From IMG/VR virus record IMGVR_UViG_2585427753_000011: 23,703 nucleotides of DNA; one strand, written 5' to 3'. Each line of letters starts with the position of its first letter. The stretch's first letter is position 1. Below the pieces are notes generated by a model. It had not been told where the DNA came from and did not search any database. It was given only the letters and a program-made list of their open reading frames with translations. Both the position numbers and the translations under genes were made by a program. This document shows, piece by piece, positions 17,146-23,703 of this stretch. Source of the stretch: a virus. Its lineage: Duplodnaviria > Heunggongvirae > Uroviricota > Caudoviricetes.

Positions 17146-17668
17146 TTCGCGACTGCTGCCGACCGGCTCATCACCGCTTGAGGTCGCCGCCGCAAAAGCC
17201 TGTGCGGAAATTGAAAAAACACCGGTCAGTATTCGTGAGCTGTGGAACCCGGACTCCTGTCCGGCAAATCTGCTGCCGTGGCTGGCGTGGGCGTTTTCGG
17301 TCGACAGGTGGGATGAAAAGTGGCCGGAAGCGACAAAACGCGCCGTTATCCGCGATGCCTATTTCATCCACTGTCATAAAGGCACTATCGGCGCAATCCG
17401 ACGCGTGGTGGAGCCGCTCGGCTATCTCATCAACGTGACGGAGTGGTGGGAAAACAGTGACCCGCCCGGCACCTTCCGGCTTGATATTGGTGTACTGGAA
17501 AGCGGTATCACAGAGGCAATGTATCAGGAAATGGAACGGCTGATTGCCGATGCCAAACCTGCAAGCCGCCACCTTATTGGCCTGAACATTACCCGGGACA
17601 TTCCCGGCTATCTGTTCGCCGGTGGTGTGGCTTACGACGGCGATGTAATTACGGTTTACCCCGGATAA
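17138..17668 (+). CDS. I: Baseplate protein I
   Basis: 176 aa, P2 gpI length and position; overlaps J end. Confidence 0.9.
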   Translation: MSDSRLLPTGSSPLEVAAAKACAEIEKTPVSIRELWNPDSCPANLLPWLAWAFSVDRWDEKWPEATKRAVIRDAYFIHCHKGTIGAIRRVVEPLGYLINVTEWWENSDPPGTFRLDIGVLESGITEAMYQEMERLIADAKPASRHLIGLNITRDIPGYLFAGGVAYDGDVITVYPG

Positions 17669-17678
17669 GTGAGGAATA

Positions 17679-19724
17679 ATGAGCATAAAATTCAGAACCG
17701 TTATCACCACTGCCGGTGCAGCAAAGCTGGCAGCGGCAACCGCGCCGGGAGGGCGGAAGGTCAACATTACCACGATGGCCGTCGGGGATGGCGGTGGTAA
17801 ATTGCCTGTCCCGGATGCCGGACAGACCGGGCTTATCCATGAAGTCTGGCGACATGCGCTGAACAAAATCAGCCAGGACAAACGAAACAGTAATTATATT
17901 ATCGCCGAGCTGGTTATTCCGCCGGAGGTGGGCGGTTTCTGGATGCGTGAGCTTGGCCTGTACGATGATGCGGGAACATTAATTGCCGTGGCGAACATGG
18001 CCGAAAGTTATAAGCCAGCTCTTGCCGAAGGCTCAGGGCGTTCGCAGACCTGTCGCATGGTCATCATCGTCAGCAGTGTGGCCTCAGTGGAGCTGACCAT
18101 TGACACCACAACGGTGATGGCGACTCAGGATTACGTTGATGACAAAATTGCAGAGCATGAACAGTCACGACGTCACCAGGACGCCTCGCTGACCGCAAAA
18201 GGTTTTACTCAGTTAAGCAATGCGACCAACAGCACGTCTGAAACACTGGCCGCAACGCCGAAAGCGGTTAAGGCCGCATATGACCTTGCTAACGGGAAAT
18301 ATACCGCACAGGACGCTACCACAGCGCGAAAAGGTCTTGTCCAGCTAAGTAGTGCGACCAACAGCATATCTGAAACGCTCGCCGCAACACCAAAAGCCGT
18401 TAAGACGGTAATGGATGAAACGAACAAGAAAGCGCCATTAAACAGCCCTGCACTGACCGGAACGCCAACGACGCCAACTGCGCGACAGGGAACGAATAAT
18501 ACTCAGATCGCAAACACGGCTTTCGTTATGGCCGCGATTGCCGCCCTTGTAGACTCGTCGCCTGACGCACTGAATACGCTGAACGAGCTGGCGGCGGCGC
18601 TGGGCAATGACCCGAATTTTGCTACCACCATGACTAATGCGCTTGCGGGTAAGCAACCGAAAGATGCCACTTTGACGGCGCTGGCGGGGCTTGCTACTGC
18701 GGCAGACAGGTTTCCGTATTTTACGGGGAATGATGTTGCCAGCCTGGCGACCCTGACAAAAGTCGGGCGGGATATTCTGGCTAAATCGACCGTTGCCGCT
18801 GTTATCGAATATCTCGGTTTACAGGAAACGGTAAACCGAGCCGGGAACGCCGTGCAAAAAAATGGCGATACTTTGTCCGGCGGGCTTACTTTTGAAAACG
18901 ACTCAATCCTTGCCTGGATTCGAAATACTGACTGGGCGAAGATTGGATTTAAAAATGATGCCGATGGTGACACTGATTCATATATGTGGTTTGAAACAGG
19001 TGACAACGGCAATGAATATTTCAAATGGAGAAGTCGCCAGAGCACCACAACAAAAGACCTGATGAATCTTAAATGGGATGCTCTGTATGTTCTTGTTAAA
19101 GCCCTTTTCAGCAGTGAAGTAAAAATATCTACAGTCAATGCACTGAGGATATTTAATTCATCTTTTGGGGCTATTTTTCGCCGTTCTGAAGAAAACCTGT
19201 ATATCATTCCTACACGAGAAAATGAGGGTGAAAATGGAGATATTGGGCCATTAAGGCCATTCGGCATCAACTTAAGAACAGGAGTTGTGTCTGTTGGTAA
19301 TGGTGCCAGGATTGATGGCGGGCTGGCACTTGGCACGAATAACGCGTTGGGTGGGAACTCTATTGTTCTTGGTGATAACGACACCGGATTTAAACAAAAT
19401 GGCGATGGTAATCTGGATGTTTATGCTAATAACGTCCATGTTATGCGCTTTGTTTCCGGAAGCATTCAAAGTAATAAGACCATAAATATTACGGGGCGTG
19501 TTAATCCCTCGGATTACGGTAACTTTGATTCCCGCTATGTGAGAGATATCAGACTTGGCACACGTGTTGTCCAGACCATGCAGAAAGGGGTGATGTATGA
19601 GAAAGCAGGGCACGTAATTACCGGGCTTGGTATTGTCGGTGAAGTCGATGGTGATGACCCCGCAGTATTCAGGCCAATACAAAAATACATCAATGGCACA
19701 TGGTATAACGTCGCACAGGTGTAA
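17679..19724 (+). CDS. H: Tail fiber protein H
   Basis: 681 aa; conserved N-terminal tail-fiber region, internal repeated motif (...SETLAATPKAVK... twice), divergent C-terminal receptor-binding part. Confidence 0.9.
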   Translation: MSIKFRTVITTAGAAKLAAATAPGGRKVNITTMAVGDGGGKLPVPDAGQTGLIHEVWRHALNKISQDKRNSNYIIAELVIPPEVGGFWMRELGLYDDAGTLIAVANMAESYKPALAEGSGRSQTCRMVIIVSSVASVELTIDTTTVMATQDYVDDKIAEHEQSRRHQDASLTAKGFTQLSNATNSTSETLAATPKAVKAAYDLANGKYTAQDATTARKGLVQLSSATNSISETLAATPKAVKTVMDETNKKAPLNSPALTGTPTTPTARQGTNNTQIANTAFVMAAIAALVDSSPDALNTLNELAAALGNDPNFATTMTNALAGKQPKDATLTALAGLATAADRFPYFTGNDVASLATLTKVGRDILAKSTVAAVIEYLGLQETVNRAGNAVQKNGDTLSGGLTFENDSILAWIRNTDWAKIGFKNDADGDTDSYMWFETGDNGNEYFKWRSRQSTTTKDLMNLKWDALYVLVKALFSSEVKISTVNALRIFNSSFGAIFRRSEENLYIIPTRENEGENGDIGPLRPFGINLRTGVVSVGNGARIDGGLALGTNNALGGNSIVLGDNDTGFKQNGDGNLDVYANNVHVMRFVSGSIQSNKTINITGRVNPSDYGNFDSRYVRDIRLGTRVVQTMQKGVMYEKAGHVITGLGIVGEVDGDDPAVFRPIQKYINGTWYNVAQV

Positions 19725-19727
19725 TTT

Positions 19728-20255
19728 ATGCAGCATTTAAAAAATATTACTGCGGGTAATCCAAAAACTGTTGCCCAATATCAACTGACAAAAAATTTTG
19801 ATGTTATCTGGTTATGGTCCGAAGAGGGAAAAAACTGGTATGAGGAAGTAAGTAATTTTCAGGAAGACACGATAAAGATTGTTTACGACGAGAATAATAT
19901 AATTGTCGGCATCACCAGAGATGCTTCAACGCTTAACCCTGAAGGTTTCAGCGTTGTCGAGGTTCCTGATATTACCTCCAACCGACGTGCTGATGACTCA
20001 GGTAAATGGATGTTTAAGGATGGTGCCGTGATTAAGCGGATTTATACGGCAGATGAACAGGAGCAACAGGCAGAATCACAAAAAGCAGCTTTACTTTCCG
20101 AAGCGGAAAGCGTTATTCAGCCACTGGAACGCGCTGTCAGGCTGAATATGGCGACGGATGAGGAATGCGCACGACTGGAGTCATGGGAACGCTACAGCGT
20201 TCTGATCAGCCGTGTGGATCCTGCAAATCCTGAATGGCCGGAAATGCCGCAATAA
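19728..20255 (+). CDS. G: Tail fiber assembly chaperone G
   Basis: 175 aa, immediately after H, P2 gpG length. Confidence 0.85.
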   Translation: MQHLKNITAGNPKTVAQYQLTKNFDVIWLWSEEGKNWYEEVSNFQEDTIKIVYDENNIIVGITRDASTLNPEGFSVVEVPDITSNRRADDSGKWMFKDGAVIKRIYTADEQEQQAESQKAALLSEAESVIQPLERAVRLNMATDEECARLESWERYSVLISRVDPANPEWPEMPQ

Positions 20256-20476
20256 GTTGTATAAGCTCTGGTGTGAGATTACATATCTATGGCACAGAGT
20301 AAAGCCTAATCTGACAGGCCGCTCTGTGTCTGGAGTAGATTTTAGTAAAGCATTATTTTATTAGTGCAAATTCTAATCAATACATTTTATGTATATGATA
20401 TCCTACGGACTTTAATGACTTGGTTTAGGCTAACCAGATAACACTGAAGGAATATTTTTGATAATTAAGGTGCGGT

Positions 20477-21070
20477 ATGTTTACTAAGCGACGATTAAAA
20501 AATATTAACTGGGAGGCAAGTTCAGTGATTCTTGCTATGGTTCTCTTTGTTGGAAATATATTTTATACAAATCATCGTGATGATATAAGCATGGAGGCTG
20601 AGAGGGACAGTATCAGAACAATGTTTGCATATGAAATCGCTAATAACCATCGCGCTCTCACTTTTCTTGATAAAACGAGACATATTGGCTTTGACGAAAA
20701 TTCGGAGCATTTTGTTGGCGAGCCTTTTGCCATTAATGTCAAATCATTAGGGGGACCTCGCTTACAGATTGCATTAAACCAGACTGATAAAGTGTTTAAA
20801 TCCTACTTCGGCGAATTAAGTAAGCTTGATAAAGAGGATGTTACTCTTCTTATGGACTATTACCATGAGCAAAGCATCCTGCTGGAGCGTGTAAAATCTA
20901 CGTTACAGAAGATGAAAAGTGGTAATGATATTAAAGTTGATATTGATGGTTGCTTATTAGAAGAACACTTCATGAATGAGCTTAATCTTTCTAATATTTT
21001 GCTTAAACGCTATAGCTATTTATTATCACAACACGCTAAGGAACATAAAACAAAAGATTTACATAATTGA
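20477..21070 (+). CDS. AT-rich moron at the P2 Z/fun position: 197-aa protein with one N-terminal TM helix, unknown function
   Basis: ORF between G and the FI remnant, where P2 carries Z/fun; AT-rich flanks; hydrophobic segment SSVILAMVLFVGNIFY near the N-terminus. Confidence 0.65.
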   Translation: MFTKRRLKNINWEASSVILAMVLFVGNIFYTNHRDDISMEAERDSIRTMFAYEIANNHRALTFLDKTRHIGFDENSEHFVGEPFAINVKSLGGPRLQIALNQTDKVFKSYFGELSKLDKEDVTLLMDYYHEQSILLERVKSTLQKMKSGNDIKVDIDGCLLEEHFMNELNLSNILLKRYSYLLSQHAKEHKTKDLHN

Positions 21071-21258
21071 TAATCTGCTAATGGTTATTCATGGGGTAAC
21101 TATGTTTTATATGTAATCCAGCCCAGATGAATTATTGATTCTGGATAATAACCGCAGAGCGGCATATACCCTGACAGGCAAATGTCCGCTTCTTGCTCAA
21201 AGCAGACTGTCAGATTTGATAACTTTTGGGCTATGTAAACTGTCAGTCGGAAAATGAG

Positions 21259-21276
21259 TGTGTACAAATCAGGACA
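21259..21276 (+). promoter_or_regulatory. Candidate Ogr-dependent late promoter element (TGT-N12-ACA) upstream of the FI remnant
   Basis: TGTgtacaaatcaggACA at 21259-21276, ~125 nt upstream of the FI start codon; dyad of the type described for P2 late promoters. Confidence 0.4.
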
Positions 21277-21399
21277 GGCGGGGGGAATGCCCGCATTTTC
21301 TTTATCTGTTGTTTCATCCACTGACCAGCCAGGTCAAATAGCGTCTCATGTACTACCCAACGGAAAATAGTTGCACCCATTAACCACGGAGTTAAACGG

Positions 21400-21513
21400 A
21401 TGAGTGACTATCATCACGGCGTGCAGGTGCTGGAGATTAACGACGGCACCCGCGTCATTTCCACCGTATCCACAGCCATTGTCGGCATGGTCTGCACGGC
21501 TAGCCTCCCGTAA
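21400..21513 (+). pseudogene. FI: Tail sheath FI, N-terminal fragment (~35 codons) ending at a deletion junction
   Basis: ATG 21400 with GGAG SD encodes [35 protein letters not shown], which I recognise as the P2 sheath N-terminus; frame then hits TAA at 21511-21513. Confidence 0.75.
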
Positions 21514-22264
21514 CAGGCTGGAAGCCAGTGTCGCTCCGTCACTGGCCGGAATTAAAATCCCGCACATCGACCAGTCGCAGGAGTCCGATGCGAAATTCCT
21601 GACCCGTCTTGCTGAACGCAACGGCGGTGAGGTGTCGGTAAAAATGGGAAAACTGCTGTTTCTCAAAGCGGGGCAGGGGGGGACGGTCAGCGGTAAAAAA
21701 ATCCCGCAGATTACCATCACCCGCAGCGACGGCGACCGTCATCATTTTGCGATTGCTGACCGTGGAGCCTACACAGGCGTAACGGCAAAGTGGTTACACA
21801 CCAAAGACCCGAAGCCGCAAAAGCAGAAGGTAAAACTGAAACGCAAAAAGAAAGAGAAACACCTGCGCGCACTGGAGCACCCGAAAGCGAAACCGGTCAC
21901 GCAGAAGAAAGAGCCAAAAGTACCGGAAGCGCGCGAAGGTGAATACATGGCCGGTGAGGCTGACAACGTTTTTGCCCTGACCACGGTATATGCCACGAAA
22001 GCACAGGCCATGCGCGCCGCTCAGGCGAAGTGGGATAAACTGCAACGGGGTGTTGCGGAGTTCTCCATCAGCCTGGCTACTGGTCGGGCAGATATTTACA
22101 CGGAAACGCCGGTCAGAGTGTCAGGCTTTAAGCGCGTCATAGACGAGCAGGACTGGACAATCACTAAGGTGACACATTTTCTGAATAATAGCGGCTTCAC
22201 GACGTCCCTGGAGCTTGAGGTCAGGCTTTCTGATGTGGAGTACGAAACAGAAGATGATGAGTGA
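21506..22264 (+). pseudogene. D: Tail protein D, C-terminal ~250 aa, N-terminally truncated
   Basis: Track ORF 21404..22264 is an artefactual frame over the FI fragment; from about [22 protein letters not shown]... it reads as the C-terminal part of P2 gpD, ending ...EYETEDDE. No start codon or SD. Confidence 0.75.
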
Positions 22265-22345
22265 TGTAATTTATTTATCTGTTTGTTTTATAAGGATAAA
22301 TTAACTAAAATGGCACCATCAACAAAACCGGAAGAGGTGCTCGCG

Positions 22346-22564
22346 ATGTTTCATTGTCCTTTATGCCAGCATGCCGCACATGCGCGTACAAGCCGCTATA
22401 TCACTGACACGACAAAAGAGCGTTATCACCAGTGTCAGAACGTGAATTGCAGCGCCACGTTCATCACTTATGAGTCGGTACAGCGATACATCGTGAAGCC
22501 GGGAGAAGTCCATGCCGTAAGGCCGCACCCGTTGCCGTCAGGACAGCAAATTATGTGGATGTAA
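22346..22564 (+). CDS. ogr: Late gene activator Ogr (zinc-finger)
   Basis: Start at ATG 22346 gives 72 aa MFHCPLCQHAAHARTSRYITDTT...CQNVNC..., the P2 Ogr sequence as I recall it; track ORF 22283 has an N-terminal extension. Confidence 0.9.
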   Translation: MFHCPLCQHAAHARTSRYITDTTKERYHQCQNVNCSATFITYESVQRYIVKPGEVHAVRPHPLPSGQQIMWM

Positions 22565-22574
22565 TCACAAAAAT

Positions 22575-22600
22575 AGCCCCTCAGTTGAGGGGCTTTATTT
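22575..22600 (+). terminator. Rho-independent terminator after ogr
   Basis: Stem AGCCCCTC (22575-22582) / GAGGGGCT (22587-22594), loop AGTT, then TTATTT. Confidence 0.75.
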
Positions 22601-22692
22601 ATGGTCGATGTGGACGCTATGTGGACAGCGTTTGATATAAATCCATTTATATCATCAGGTTAGGTGCTTTTTTGTGACACCATCCCTGTCTT

Positions 22693-22719
22693 CCCCCACA
22701 TGATGTGGGGGTTTTTTTT
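22693..22719 (+). terminator. Terminator-like hairpin plus T-run in the prophage-host junction (attR vicinity)
   Basis: CCCCCAC (22693-22699) / GTGGGGG (22705-22711), then an 8-nt T-run (22712-22719); between ogr and host fieF. Confidence 0.6.
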
Positions 22720-22800
22720 ATCCTCAATTTGCCTGCTGCTTAATGCATTGCAGATGATTTGCTTCCGTTATACTACCGTCAGTTGATAGCGGGAGTATTT

Positions 22801-23703
22801 ATGAATCAATCTTATGGACGGCTGGTCAGTCGGGCGGCGATTGCTGCGACGGCGATGGCTTCGCTGCTATTGCTGATTAAAATTTTTGCATGGTGGTATA
22901 CCGGGTCGGTGAGTATTCTCGCCGCGCTGGTGGATTCGCTGGTGGATATCGGCGCGTCGTTGACGAATTTACTGGTGGTGCGATATTCCCTGCAACCTGC
23001 CGACGATAATCACTCGTTTGGTCACGGTAAAGCTGAGTCCCTCGCGGCGCTGGCGCAAAGTATGTTTATCTCCGGTTCGGCACTATTCCTGTTTTTGACG
23101 GGTATTCAACATCTGGTATCTCCAACACCGATGACAGATCCAGGCGTCGGGGTTATCGTGACAATTGTGGCGCTAATTTGTACGATTATCCTTGTCTCGT
23201 TTCAGCGTTGGGTGGTGCGCCGGACGCAAAGCCAGGCGGTGCGGGCTGATATGCTACATTACCAGTCTGATGTTATGATGAACGGCGCAATTCTGCTGGC
23301 GCTGGGGTTGTCCTGGTACGGCTGGCATCGCGCCGATGCTCTGTTTGCATTGGGGATCGGCATCTATATTTTATATAGCGCGTTACGCATGGGATATGAG
23401 GCGGTACAGTCATTACTGGATCGCGCATTGCCTGATGAGGAACGGCAAGAAATTATTGATATCGTGACTTCCTGGCCGGGTGTTAGCGGCGCTCACGATC
23501 TTCGCACGCGGCAGTCAGGGCCGACCCGCTTTATTCAGATTCATTTGGAAATGGAAGACTCTCTGCCTTTGGTTCAGGCACATATGGTGGCGGATCAGGT
23601 AGAGCAGGCTATTTTACGGCGTTTTCCGGGATCGGATGTGATTATCCATCAGGACCCCTGTTCCGTCGTACCCAGGGAGGGTAAACGGTCTATGCTTTCA
23701 TAA
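22801..23703 (+). CDS. fieF: Host cation-diffusion-facilitator iron/zinc efflux transporter FieF (YiiP)
   Basis: Track ORF 22759..23703; start at ATG 22801 gives 300 aa [25 protein letters not shown]..., which I recognise as E. coli-type FieF; six-TM N-terminal domain plus cytoplasmic C-terminal domain. Confidence 0.9.
   Translation: MNQSYGRLVSRAAIAATAMASLLLLIKIFAWWYTGSVSILAALVDSLVDIGASLTNLLVVRYSLQPADDNHSFGHGKAESLAALAQSMFISGSALFLFLTGIQHLVSPTPMTDPGVGVIVTIVALICTIILVSFQRWVVRRTQSQAVRADMLHYQSDVMMNGAILLALGLSWYGWHRADALFALGIGIYILYSALRMGYEAVQSLLDRALPDEERQEIIDIVTSWPGVSGAHDLRTRQSGPTRFIQIHLEMEDSLPLVQAHMVADQVEQAILRRFPGSDVIIHQDPCSVVPREGKRSMLS

Larger units (their letters stand above)
1..22719. mobile_element. 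Defective P2-like prophage; left end (attL) lies outside the window, right end near 22600-22720
   Basis: Gene order and protein sequences match the P2 prophage map (attL-int-C-cox-B-A-cargo-cos-Q...ogr-attR); host fieF follows. Exact att core not identified. Confidence 0.85.

Noticed and set aside
16639-19736. Several long antisense ORFs over J, I and H (e.g. 16639..17028 -, 17171..17881 -, 18503..19384 -, 19272..19736 -)
   Set aside because: They overlap well-supported baseplate and tail-fiber genes on the opposite strand and have no start context; spurious.
21404-22264. Track ORF of 286 aa presented as an intact gene
   Set aside because: Its first ~30 codons are an alternative frame across the FI fragment and only the remainder resembles gpD; no plausible start or SD. 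Treated as a truncated D remnant.
1-23703. tRNA, rRNA or tmRNA genes as integration target
   Set aside because: No cloverleaf-like tRNA sequence seen by eye at either prophage edge; the right boundary is intergenic upstream of fieF. A tRNA scan would be needed to exclude formally.

Overview
Almost the whole window is a defective P2-like (Peduovirus-type) prophage in an Escherichia-like chromosome, oriented integrase (left edge) to ogr, with host fieF at the right edge. The backbone is recognisable by order and by protein sequence: int, C, cox, B, orf80-83, A, then cos, Q, lysA/lysB/lysC, R, S, V-W-J-I-H-G and ogr. Two internal deletions have removed most morphogenesis genes: one fuses a terminase-P remnant to an N-truncated endolysin K (near 11980-11995), the other fuses the first ~35 codons of sheath FI to the C-terminal part of D (near 21500-21508). 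The most interesting part is the AT-rich cargo island between A and cos (about 5780-10000), where P2 carries tin/old. It holds a terminated two-gene membrane-protein operon, a TIR-domain protein with an unrecognised C-terminal domain, and a translationally coupled lipoprotein plus 305-aa membrane protein. I read these as candidate anti-phage defence or superinfection-exclusion modules, the last pair possibly undescribed. Two further AT-rich morons sit at the classical P2 orf30 and Z/fun positions. A perfect 63-bp x5 in-frame tandem repeat lies inside the terminase remnant. All calls rest on reading the sequence and recalled phage biology; no searches or computations were run.
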